Assembly (NCBI GenBank): GCA_963779315.1
Contig: CAVZXQ010000002.1
Coordinates: forward strand, 53,204-117,203
Source: an uncultured Chloroflexia bacterium
GTDB taxonomy: Bacteria; Chloroflexota; Limnocylindria; Limnocylindrales; CSP1-4
Reading direction: 5' to 3'
Length of the DNA: 64,000 nucleotides
Both the position numbers and the translations under genes were made by a program. This document shows positions 30,923 to 39,803 of the stretch, piece after piece (within the stretch, counting starts at the first letter, position 1; every line of letters starts with the position of its first letter). The notes under the pieces were generated by a model that was not told where the DNA came from, ran no database searches, and worked only from the letters and a program-made list of their open reading frames with translations.

Positions 30923-31495
30923 CTAGTAGCCGAGCATGTAGATGTCAACGTAACAGCTGGAAACGATGTTGCGGCACTGGACGATCAGCTTCGTGATCGG
31001 CACCGGGAACGTGAAGTTGTTGGTGTAGGGGGTGTCACCGTCGTAGATGCTGGTCGAGTCACCGCTGCTGAGAAGGACAGAAACATCGACCGCTTCACTC
31101 GTGGCGGCGCTATCGGACACACGCAAATACGTGACGTTCATGCCGCCGCCGGGGACGACGAAGTTGAAGCTATCGCCGGCATCCACATTGGCCAGGTCCC
31201 AGTAGGCCTTCGTGACCGTATTGGCGACGGTCGAGACCGTTCCGCTCACCGGCTGCGTCGCTGGCAGGTTGGTGACCGTGACGTTCTGGTTGGACGGCGT
31301 GTTGCCGACGTTGACCGTCCCGACGACGGGGATGGGGCTGGCTGGCGGGTTGACGACGATGACCTGCTGGAATGGGGTGGTCGCGCCGGTCGCGGTGCCG
31401 ACGGCGATCCCGAGTGCGGCGATCACGAGTCCCAGCACGATCCCGCTTCGAAAGCCGCGCGTGACGCGCGGTCCAAGGTTATGGCCTGACAGCAT
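30923..31495 (-). CDS. Hypothetical exported protein, compositionally atypical (lower GC)
   Basis: Intact 190-aa ORF with GGGAGG upstream and an N-terminal TM/signal anchor. It then has V/T/N-rich beta-type repeats (PIPVVGTVNVGNTPSNQNVTVTNLPATQPVSGTVSTV) and a C-terminal ..CYVDIYMLGY. Many A/T-ending codons are visible. Confidence 0.65.
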   Translation of the reverse strand: MLSGHNLGPRVTRGFRSGIVLGLVIAALGIAVGTATGATTPFQQVIVVNPPASPIPVVGTVNVGNTPSNQNVTVTNLPATQPVSGTVSTVANTVTKAYWDLANVDAGDSFNFVVPGGGMNVTYLRVSDSAATSEAVDVSVLLSSGDSTSIYDGDTPYTNNFTFPVPITKLIVQCRNIVSSCYVDIYMLGY

Positions 31496-31635
31496 CCCTT
31501 AGGCACCTCCCGGTCGCATGGGGTTCCCATGCCCGAGAGTCGGTCTCGTCATTGGCCCAGCGACGACGGGGACGACCGTTCAGAAAGCCGCGCTGGCGGT
31601 GAGCCCCGAACTCACCTGCCTCTCTCAGTGGGGCG

Positions 31636-31664
31636 ATTATGCCTAGCGGGGCCGGGCATGCCAT
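31636..31664 (-). promoter_or_regulatory. Possible sigma-70-type promoter for the 30923..31495 gene
   Basis: On the minus strand, ATGGCA (31664-31659) is followed by 17 nt and then CATAAT (31641-31636). This would give a leader of about 135 nt containing the hairpins GGTGAG-TTCGGGG-CTCACC and GCATGGG-AAC-CCCATGC. This is motif inspection only. Confidence 0.25.
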
Positions 31665-31982
31665 CGGTCGAACGACCGACTCGGTTCGGGTTGGCCCTTC
31701 GTTGTGTCGGACGCGCAACCTGTCACGTCGTCTGTTCTGCCCTGCCGGCATGGCGCGACGTGGCATGAGCGAAGCGAAGCAGCGGGCACAGGCGATCCAG
31801 GGCAGTCAGCGGATGGTCGCTCGCGGTGAACGACCGCTCCATCGCGTCAGGCTGACCCAGGCCGGGCGCTGGATCGTGGATGCGTGCCCGTAGCTCGTTC
31901 TGGACGCATCGAACCTCACGACGGCGCTGGCAGCGTTGCCCGGTTCATGGGCAGCCGGAAGAGGCTGTTCGTGCTCAGGATA

Positions 31983-32059
31983 TGGTGGGCGGTGAGGGAC
32001 TCGAACCCCCGACATCCTCGGTGTAAACGAGGCGCTCTGACCGACTGAGCTAACCGCCC
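31983..32059 (-). tRNA. tRNA-Val (TAC), CCA encoded
   Basis: Hand-folded. The acceptor is GGGCGGT/ACCGCCC, the anticodon stem CCTCG/CGAGG with loop TTTACAC, and the T loop TTCGAGT. Confidence 0.9.
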
Positions 32060-32103
32060 GGTGCGAGGGCGCAGGCCGCGGCAGGGAGGGACTGAGGGAG
32101 GAG

Positions 32104-32188
32104 TGGTGCCCAGGCCGGGACTTGAACCCGGATGAGTTTCCTCATACGCCCCTCAAACGTACGCGTATACCAATTCCGCCACCTGGGC
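32104..32188 (-). tRNA. tRNA-Leu (GAG), CCA encoded
   Basis: Hand-folded. The acceptor is GCCCAGG/CCTGGGC, the anticodon loop TTGAGGG, the long variable arm TGAGGAAACTCAT and the T arm CCGGG-TTCAAGT-CCCGG. Confidence 0.85.
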
Positions 32189-32220
32189 ACAGGTGTCGCC
32201 GATACTCAGGTCCGAAGCGA

Positions 32221-32306
32221 TGGTACCGAGGGAGGGACTCGAACCCACACGACCTTGCGATCACTGGTACCTGAAACCAGCGCGTCTACCATTCCGCCAC
32301 CTCGGC
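32221..32306 (-). tRNA. tRNA-Leu (CAG), CCA encoded; two non-canonical pairs
   Basis: Hand-folded. The anticodon stem is CTGGT/ACCAG with loop TTCAGGT, and there is a long variable arm. The acceptor has a G1-U72 pair and the T stem has a T-T mismatch (GTGGG/CCCTC). Confidence 0.75.
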
Positions 32307-32328
32307 ACGGACCCGCGCGCGACCGTTA

Positions 32329-34050
32329 TCAGCGGCCCTCGGCGAGGCGCCATGTTAGCACATCCCAGAATTGGTCAGCCGCGTCGGCGACCTGCCGGAC
32401 GACCGGGCCCTCGAGGGTATCGCGGGCGACCATGACCTCGTCCGGGAAGGCCAGCGGCAGCAGGTAGCGGCCCTTCGCGAGCTGGGCCTGGAGCTTCGAG
32501 TAGGCGGCCAGGCGAGTCTCATGCGTCCCGGGCGCGCGGGCCGCCGTCAAGACCGTGTCCAGTGCCGGATCCTGTACGCCGGCCATGTTGGAGCCACCGG
32601 TGACGGTCTGGCTGGAGGCCAGGAGCGGGTAGAGATCCGGGTCCAGCCCGACGGTGACGTCCGCGACCGCCGCCTGGAAGTCGCCCTTGGTCAGGCGGTC
32701 CACGAATTCGGCGACGGGCAAGCCGACGTGGGTGACCTCGAAGCCCATCCGATGCCAGTCGCTGACGACCTGCTGTGCCGCGGCCCAGGCCTGTGGATTC
32801 GACTTCCGGTCCGCGCTCAGGACTTCGAGCGCCAGCGGCTTGGCGGCCTTGGGCAGATGCCACCCGTCGTCCTTGCGGGTCCATCCGGCTGCCAGGAATG
32901 CCTTGCGAGAGGCCTCTCGGTCGTAGGCGACGGCCGGATCCGCGGCGGGGTCGAACCAGGGAGAGCTCGGTGCGATCGGACCCGTGGCCGTGGCCGCCGC
33001 CCCGGCGAAGACCTCGTCGACCATCCGCGTCCGGTCGATCGCGCCGAGCAGGGCCGTCCGCACGGCCGGGCTGGCGAACTCGCGGTGCTTCGGGCGAAGG
33101 TTGAGCAGGACCGCGGCCAGCGTCGCGCTTGGGTAGCGCAACAATCGGCTGGCGGGTTCGGTGGCCAGCTTCGTCGCATCGCCCGGGGTCAGCCCGGACG
33201 CCGCGTCAAGGTCCCCGGCCTGGTACGCCTGCGCGAGCGACTCGTCGTCGTCGAAGTACCTGAACTCGATGCCGGGCAGGTACGGCACGGGCCGGTCCGG
33301 GCGCAAGGTCGGGGCGACCGTGGCCAGCGAATCGACCGAGCTGCCCGATGGCGCGGGTGAGCTCGTGTCGGCCACCGATGACACCGGGACGAGGGTCGCG
33401 CTCGTCTCGGTCAGTTCGGCCAGGGCAAAGGCGCCGGACCCCACGGGCTGGGTCCCGAATGGATGGTCCGCGAGGGCGTCGACCGGGACGTTCTCAAGCA
33501 GGTGGGCCGGCACGATCGGCTGCGTCGCCGCCTGGAGGAACCCGCCGAGCGGCGTGGTGAGGGTGAAGGACACGGTGCGGTCGTCGATCGCGCGAACCTG
33601 CACCTCGCTCCACGAGCCGGCCGATGGCCCCATGTAGGCCGGGTCCTGGAGGGTCCGGATCGTGAACGCGACATCCTCCGCGGTGACCGGCTCGCCGTCG
33701 TGCCACGTGGCGTCCTCGCGCAAGACGAATGTCCAGACCTTTCCCGCGGCATCCACGGACCAGCGCTCGGCGAGGTCCGGCACCAGCGTCCCGCCCGGGC
33801 CGTTGCGGACGAGGCCGCTGAAGATGAGGGCGACCAGGTCGCGGTCCGCCTGCGAGCGAGCCGTCAATGGGCTGATCGAGACGGGTCGCCCGATCACGCC
33901 CTCACGATACGGAACGACGGCGACTGGGACGTACGGGGTCGCGGTGGCGCGGGCGGCGGTCGGGCTGAGGGCCGGGACCCCCACGAGTCCCGCAACCAGC
34001 GCGAGCAACACGACGAGGGTCCCCACGACGAACGAATCGGTGCGGGTCAT
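32329..34050 (-). CDS. ABC transporter substrate-binding protein, family 5 (peptide/nickel type)
   Basis: Intact 573-aa ORF with an N-terminal TM/signal sequence. The family-5 SBP core includes LVRNGPGGTLVPDLAERWSVDAAGKVWTFVLREDATWHDGEPVTAEDVAFT. No permease or ATPase genes are adjacent. Confidence 0.8.
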   Translation of the reverse strand: MTRTDSFVVGTLVVLLALVAGLVGVPALSPTAARATATPYVPVAVVPYREGVIGRPVSISPLTARSQADRDLVALIFSGLVRNGPGGTLVPDLAERWSVDAAGKVWTFVLREDATWHDGEPVTAEDVAFTIRTLQDPAYMGPSAGSWSEVQVRAIDDRTVSFTLTTPLGGFLQAATQPIVPAHLLENVPVDALADHPFGTQPVGSGAFALAELTETSATLVPVSSVADTSSPAPSGSSVDSLATVAPTLRPDRPVPYLPGIEFRYFDDDESLAQAYQAGDLDAASGLTPGDATKLATEPASRLLRYPSATLAAVLLNLRPKHREFASPAVRTALLGAIDRTRMVDEVFAGAAATATGPIAPSSPWFDPAADPAVAYDREASRKAFLAAGWTRKDDGWHLPKAAKPLALEVLSADRKSNPQAWAAAQQVVSDWHRMGFEVTHVGLPVAEFVDRLTKGDFQAAVADVTVGLDPDLYPLLASSQTVTGGSNMAGVQDPALDTVLTAARAPGTHETRLAAYSKLQAQLAKGRYLLPLAFPDEVMVARDTLEGPVVRQVADAADQFWDVLTWRLAEGR

Positions 34051-34101
34051 GGGACTCCGAAGAGGAGGATTCCTCGCGGTGGGCGCCGCGGTGGTCCGAC
34101 G

Positions 34102-34326
34102 TCAGGCGGGTGCGAAGACGTAGGAGGCCAGCGAGAACAGGACGAACAGGACGAGCAGCACGATCGTGAACTGCCATAGGCGTCGCTCGACGCCGCGGCG
34201 ACTGCGATACACCGCTGAATCACCGCCGAACGTGCTCGACAGGCCGGTTCCCCGGGCCTGCAGCAGGATGGCGGCGATGAGCGCGATGCTCACCAGGATC
34301 TGGCCGAAGGCCAGGATCGGATTCAC
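34102..34326 (-). CDS. secG: Preprotein translocase subunit SecG
   Basis: Intact 74-aa ORF with two TM helices and the typical LLQARGTGLSSTFGG loop. Confidence 0.85.
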   Translation of the reverse strand: MNPILAFGQILVSIALIAAILLQARGTGLSSTFGGDSAVYRSRRGVERRLWQFTIVLLVLFVLFSLASYVFAPA

Positions 34327-34360
34327 GGGTCAGCGACCTCCACTATGTTCGGGCGGGATG

Positions 34361-35918
34361 CTACCACAGGCGGAGCGAACGACCGGTCATCCCGGGCCAC
34401 GGCGGCAGGTCGGCGAAGGCCAGCAGCGTCGGGGCGACGTCCGCCAGGACACCGTCATCGAGGCGAAGTCCCTCGGCCGCAGGTCCGATGAGCACGAGGG
34501 GGACCGGGTTGAGCGAGTGGGCCGTGACGGGGTGTCCGGCCTCGTCGCGGAGGCAGTCGGCGTTGCCGTGGTCGGCGGTGATGGCGAGCAGGGCGCCCGG
34601 GCCATCCGGGTGAACGGCCAGGATCGCCTCCACGACGCGGGCCAGGCAGGCGTCGATCGTCGCGAGCGCCTCCAGCGTCGCATCCCATGACCCGGTGTGG
34701 CCGACCATGTCGGCGTTCGCGAAGTTCGCCACGATGAAGTCGAACCGACCCGAGCCGATCGCCTCCACCAGGGCGTCCGTCACGCCGACGGCGCTCATCT
34801 CCGGCGCCAGGTCGTACGTGGCGACCTTCTGGCTCGGGATGAGGAGACGCTCCTCGCCCGGGTAGGGCGCCTCGACCCCGCCATTGAAGAAGTACGTGAC
34901 GTGGGCGTACTTCTCGGTCTCCGCGACGTGGAACTGGCTCCAGCCGGCCTCCGAGACCGCCTGGGCGAGCGAGCGAGCCTCCTCCGGTGGGAAGGCGACC
35001 TCGACCGGGAGCCCTGCCTCGTACGAGGTCATCGTGACGACGAGCAGATCGGACGGGGCTGCGTGGCCCGTTGACGAAGTCAGGTCGAACCCGTCGAACG
35101 CCGGATCGGACGAGCGCGTGGGACAGCTGGCGTGCGCGATCGGCCCGGAAGTTGGCATGGATGACCGGCTCGCGATCCTCGATCCCCCGGAAGTCTCCGA
35201 TGACCGTCGGCACGACGAACTCATCGTCCTCGCCCCTCGCGTACGCAGCCTCGATCGCCGCCCTGGCGTCCGGCGCACGCTCGCCCACCCCATGGACGAT
35301 GGCGTCGTACCCGCGCTCGACTCGTTCCCAGCGGGTGTCGCGATCCATCGCGTAGTAGCGACCGCCGATCGTGGCGATCGCGGCATCCGGATGAGCGACG
35401 GCCAGCCGCTCCTCCAGGTCCGCGACGAACCCGAGCGCGGACCGCGGCGGCGTGTCGCGGCCGTCGAGCAAGGCGTGGACGCGCACCGACGCGACCCGCT
35501 CGCGGGCGGCGAGTTCGACCAGCGCCACCAGGTGGCGGTCGTTGGCGTGGACGCCGCCGGGTCCGATGAGGCTGATCAGGTGGAGCGTCCCTGTCGTCTC
35601 TCGAGCGCGCGCGCACGCTGCGATGAAGGCCGGGCGCTCGAAGAAGCTGCCGTCGGCGATCGCGGCATCGATGCGAGGCAGGTCCTGCAGGACCGGGCGC
35701 CCGGCGCCGAGGTTCAAGTGCCCGACCTCGGAGTTGCCCATCTGGCCCGCCGGGAGCCCCACCGCGTCCTCTGAAGCGCGCAGCGTGGCGTGCGGCCATC
35801 GCGCGAGCAGGCTGCGCCATGTCGGCATGGGCGACGCGGCGATCGCGTCCGTGGCCGGATCGCCGCCGATCCCGAAGCCATCCAGGACGACCAGGACGAT
35901 GGGTCGCGGACGACTCAC
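34361..35918 (-). CDS. gpmI: 2,3-bisphosphoglycerate-independent phosphoglycerate mutase; 1 frame change
   Basis: ORF 34455..35918 supplies IVLVVLDGFG, MGNSEVGHLNLGAGR and GGVHAN. ORF 34361..35386 supplies the C-terminal half (ETEKYAHVTYFFNGG, NADMVGHTG, ITADHGNAD). The break is near 35100. The GTG start overlaps the tpiA stop (GTGA). Confidence 0.9.
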
Positions 35919-36718
35919 GAGACCGCGAGGCGCGCTCGCGCCGTGAGACCGGCCCGGGCGACGATCCCGGCCATCTCATCGGGCTTGAGTGACGCACCGC
36001 CGACGAGGGCGCCATCGATGGTCGGCTCGGCCAGGAACTCCGCGATGTTGGCGGCGGTCACGCTCCCGCCGTAGAGGACGGGCACGTGCTCCGCGCGACT
36101 CCCCCACCCCAGCCGGACCAGCGTCGCACGGATGGCCTCGGCCATCTGTGCGGCATCCGAGCCGAGTGCGTTCCGCCCGGTCCCGATGGCCCACACCGGC
36201 TCATACGCGATGACCAGGCCGGCCGCTGCGAGGACCGCCGGATCATGGGCGGCCAGGGCGCCACGGAGCTGCGCCTCGACGACCGCCTCGGCATCCCCGG
36301 CGTCCCGCTCCTCGGCACGCTCGCCGACGCACAGGATCGACCGCAGGCCGGCATCCGTCGCCCGGCCGAGCTTCTGGCCGATGCGCTCGTCCGTTTCGCC
36401 GAAGTCGCGCCGGCGTTCCGAGTGGCCCACGATGACCCAACTCGCGAGACCGGCGAGCATCGGGGCGGAGATCTCACCGGTGTACGCGCCGACCGCCTCA
36501 TGGTGGACGTTCTGGGCACCGATCCCGACCTCGGGGTCCGACGCGGCGAGGGCATCCCGGACCACCGCCAGGGAGACGTACGGCGGGCAGATGACCCTGA
36601 TGACGTCCGGTTCCCGCGTCCGTGACGCGATCGTCCGGGCCAGTTCGCCGGCATCGGCCGGGGTGGTGTGCATCTTCCAGTTGGCGGCCACGATCACGTC
36701 ACGCATGGCCTGAATCAT
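35915..36718 (-). CDS. tpiA: Triosephosphate isomerase
   Basis: Last 267 codons of ORF 35915..37522. Motifs are AANWKMH, IVGHSERR, YEPVWAIGTG and LYGGSV. ATG 36718 overlaps the whiA stop (ATGA). The gene is intact. Confidence 0.9.
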   Translation of the reverse strand: MIQAMRDVIVAANWKMHTTPADAGELARTIASRTREPDVIRVICPPYVSLAVVRDALAASDPEVGIGAQNVHHEAVGAYTGEISAPMLAGLASWVIVGHSERRRDFGETDERIGQKLGRATDAGLRSILCVGERAEERDAGDAEAVVEAQLRGALAAHDPAVLAAAGLVIAYEPVWAIGTGRNALGSDAAQMAEAIRATLVRLGWGSRAEHVPVLYGGSVTAANIAEFLAEPTIDGALVGGASLKPDEMAGIVARAGLTARARLAVS

Positions 36719-37522
36719 GCCAGAGCGGGCCGCCGGGCGGTGCGAGGGCTCGTGCGGTCGTCGCCGTGGAGCACGAGTGCCTCGACTCGCTCGAGCGAAC
36801 GCTGGACGGCCGACCGGTGGATGCCGAGGCGGTCGGCGAGTTCGGACAGCGTCGCCTCCGGGCGTCTCCCGTCGCGCGGCAGCCACGGAGCGGACCGTGT
36901 CGGACTGCTCGGCAAGCCGGCCGTCATCGTGGAGGATGGCGATGGCGTCCAGTTGCCGCCCGGCGGCACTGACCGCTCGCTGGAGGTTGGCCGACTCCGC
37001 GTTCAGGACCCGATTGAGCTCACCGCGGAGGGCTCGCGAGACCTGGCGCGCCTCGAGTTCGAGGAGGGCGCCGCCGGCGCCGATCCGGCGCAGGAACGTC
37101 CCGACCGACTCGGCGCTCTTCCAGGTGACGACGCCGCGGCCGCGCCGCAGCCGCCAGGACGCCGGCAGGCCGAGGTCTCCGAGGCGCGCGGCGAGGACCG
37201 GTGCCTCCTCCGGTGCCACGACGAACTCGAGGTGGGTCCGGCCGCCGGCCAGGCTGAGCGAACCCCGCGCGAGGAATCGACCACGCAGCCAGGACCATCG
37301 GCAATGGTCGGCGGCGCTCTCCCAGTGGAACCCGCCGATCGCGGGATCGTCGGTCGTGGTCCGCCGCAGGCGGACGGCCAGGCGCGCAGCAGGGCCATCG
37401 CGGGCGACGGCATCGGTCCCCAGGCCGGCAGCCTCGGCGGCACGATCGCACGGTCTGGCCGGGTCGATCCCGGCCAGCTCGGCACGCAACGCCACCACGA
37501 GATCGCGCTCGGACCGGCTCAC
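36715..37522 (-). CDS. whiA: DNA-binding sporulation/cell-division regulator WhiA; 1 frame change
   Basis: The N-terminal LAGLIDADG-like domains (LRGRFLARGSLS..HLEFVV) lie in ORF 35915..37522. The C-terminal HTH (ATLSELADRLGIHRSAVQRSLERV) lies in ORF 36715..36969. The break is near 36860. Confidence 0.85.
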
Positions 37523-37537
37523 GTCACGCGCTGTGAC

Positions 37538-38845
37538 TCAGAGCCGCCGGCGGATCCCGCGCTCGCGGTCCCACGTGCGAAGGACGGCAGCCGCCAGCAG
37601 CGCCGGATCGTGACGGTGGGCGTGCGTCGGATCCACGACGTCGTCCAACACCAGGCGCGGGACTGGATCGACATCGGGCGGCCAGCGCAGGTCGACGTGC
37701 TGGGCACGCCAGCCTGTCGGCGTCCGGGCGTCGAACCGGTTGTTGGCCAGGACCACGTCAACGAGCCGCGGGGCCGTGTGGGCCACGAGGGCCTCGACAT
37801 GAGACGCCAGATCGAGACCCGTCGTCTCACCGGGCTGTGTGGCCACGTTGCAGACGTAGAAGACCGGCGCCATCGTGGCGAGGAGAGCGTCCCGCACATC
37901 GGGCAGCAACAGGCTGGGCAGCAGGCTCGTGTAGAGGCTGCCCGGACCGATGACGATCAGATCCGCCTCGGCGATCGCCGTCAGCGCGTCTGCCGAGGCG
38001 CGGACGTCTCGTGGCGTCAGCCAGACTCGCTCGATCCCGGTCGACGTCATGATCGCCGACTGGCCATCGATCACCCGGCCGTCCTGCAGGTCGGCGTGCA
38101 GCGTGAGTGGCTGCGCGGTCACCGGCACGACCTGGCCGCGGACCGCGAGGATCCGGTTGATGCGCCGGACACCTTCCTCGAAGTCCCCGCCTTCGACGGC
38201 GGTCATCGCGGCCAGGAGCAGGTTTCCCACGGCGTGACCCGCGAGGCCGCTCGAGTCCCCGTCCACGCCCTCCGGGAAGCGGTACTGGAGCAGCTCGTTC
38301 ATCAGCGGTTCGGCGTCCGCCAGGGCCGCGATGCAGTTGCGGATGTCGCCGACGGGCGGGATCCCCAGACTCGTGCGCAGGACGCCGGACGACCCACCGT
38401 CGTCGGCCACGGTCACGACCGCGGTCAGGTTGCTGGTGTGCTCCTTGAGGCCGCGCAGGAGCGCGGACAGGCCCGTGCCGCCCCCGATCGCGACGATCCG
38501 CGGGCCGCGGGCCAGGAACCGCTTCTGGTAGATCAGCTCCACCAGGGGCTGGTTGGCGTCGCCCGAGCGGTACGGACCCGTCAGGGCCCGGCCCAGCCCG
38601 ATGGCGCCGAGCACGACGATGCCGATGCCGACCGCCGCCACGATCAGGCCGCGGATCGGATACGGCAGGAACTGCAGCGTGAGGGTGTCGATGACCGTTC
38701 CGGTCAGACCCCCGGGCGCAAGATCCCGGGTGGCCTGGCGCAGCATGTGCGCGAAGGCCAGGGCCAACAGCAGCAGCCCGATGAACACCACGAGCAGCCA
38801 GCGCTTGACCCCGATCCCGGGGGTCAACCAGCGCCGCAGGTTCAT
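37538..38845 (-). CDS. yvcK: YvcK/CuvA-type gluconeogenesis factor (CofD-like, UPF0052)
   Basis: ORF 37538..38956, with the start taken at MNLRRWLTPGIGVKRW (38845). After an N-terminal TM region come IVAIGGGTGLS, TVADDGGSSG and IVIGPGSLYTS. ATGA overlap with rapZ. The gene is intact. Confidence 0.85.
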   Translation of the reverse strand: MNLRRWLTPGIGVKRWLLVVFIGLLLLALAFAHMLRQATRDLAPGGLTGTVIDTLTLQFLPYPIRGLIVAAVGIGIVVLGAIGLGRALTGPYRSGDANQPLVELIYQKRFLARGPRIVAIGGGTGLSALLRGLKEHTSNLTAVVTVADDGGSSGVLRTSLGIPPVGDIRNCIAALADAEPLMNELLQYRFPEGVDGDSSGLAGHAVGNLLLAAMTAVEGGDFEEGVRRINRILAVRGQVVPVTAQPLTLHADLQDGRVIDGQSAIMTSTGIERVWLTPRDVRASADALTAIAEADLIVIGPGSLYTSLLPSLLLPDVRDALLATMAPVFYVCNVATQPGETTGLDLASHVEALVAHTAPRLVDVVLANNRFDARTPTGWRAQHVDLRWPPDVDPVPRLVLDDVVDPTHAHRHDPALLAAAVLRTWDRERGIRRRL

Positions 38846-39706
38846 GCCCGGTCCAGCTCGCGATGGAACATGGCGACCGGCCCGAAATCCTGCTCGCGAA
38901 GCCAGGCCGCCAGTTCCTCGCCGATCACGATGGACCGGTGGTAGCCGCCGGTGCACCCGATCCCGATCGTCAGTCGGCTCTTGCCCTCGGCGATGTAGGC
39001 CGGTAATGCGAAGGCCAGGAACTCCTGGACGAACGACAGGAACTGACCAGCCGCGGGCTGCTCGAGGACGAACGAGCGCACGATGTCGGTCAGACCGGAT
39101 GACTGGCGCAGCTCGGGGACGTAGTAGGGGTTCTGCATGAACCGGACGTCGAAGACCAGGTCCGCCTCCAGGGGCAGTCCGTACTTGAAGCCGAAGCTGA
39201 TGAGCTGGATGGCGAGCTGGTCCGGATCGGAGATCGTGCCGAGTTGCGTGAACAGCCGTTCGCGCAACTCGCGGAGCGACAGGTCGGACGTGTCGATCAC
39301 GATGTCCGCCTCGAGCCGGATCGGCTCCAGCAGACGCCGCTCCGCCGCGATCGAGTTCGCGATCCCGCGCTGGTCACCGAGGGGATGCTTGTGCCGGGTC
39401 TCGCTGAAGCGCCGGATGAGGACCTCGTCGCGCGCCTCGAGGAAGACGACGCGAGGCCGGATGCCGCGGCCCTCCAGGGCGCCGCGCATCGCGGCCAGCG
39501 CCAGCAAGGTGTCGCCCGCCCGGACGTCCATCACGATGGCAACCTGCGCGAAATCGCTTGCGATCGGACGAGACGAGTTCGGCAAGGTCCGGCAGCAGCT
39601 CTCCGGGCAGGTTGTCCACGACCGTGTAGCCCAGGTCCTCGAAGAGCTTCGAGGCAGCCGTCTTCCCGCCGCCGGACATCCCGCTCAGGATGATGACGGC
39701 CGGCAC
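38842..39706 (-). CDS. rapZ: RNase adapter / nucleotide-binding protein RapZ (YvcJ); 1 frame change
   Basis: The N-terminus VIILSGMSGGGKTAASKLFEDLGYTVVDNLP (P-loop) lies in ORF 39374..39706. The remainder lies in ORF 38842..39585 (FGFKYGLPLEADLVFDVRF, GCTGGYHRS). The break is near 39570. Confidence 0.85.
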
Positions 39707-39803
39707 GGCCTCGAGCGCCGCCTCGGGCTGGGCCGCGGGCCCGGCGGACGGGGCGTGGCGGGTCCGGGCGTGGCAGGTCCGCCGTCGGAACCGGCCCGGT
39801 CGG

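Noticed and set aside
31580-31640. A TPP (THI-box) riboswitch in the leader of the lower-GC gene (CTGAGA ... GCCAGCG).
   Set aside because: It lacks the conserved ACCTGATCTGGATAATGCC core and the P1/P2 architecture. The downstream gene is unrelated to thiamine.
31806-32015. A tyrosine-integrase remnant next to tRNA-Val (SYGHASTIQ resembling the C-terminal LGHASIQTT..Y box).
   Set aside because: The ORF begins inside the tRNA gene. Only about 8 residues resemble the box, and there are no R-H-R-Y catalytic residues or upstream domains. The spacing would also leave no room for the rest of an integrase.
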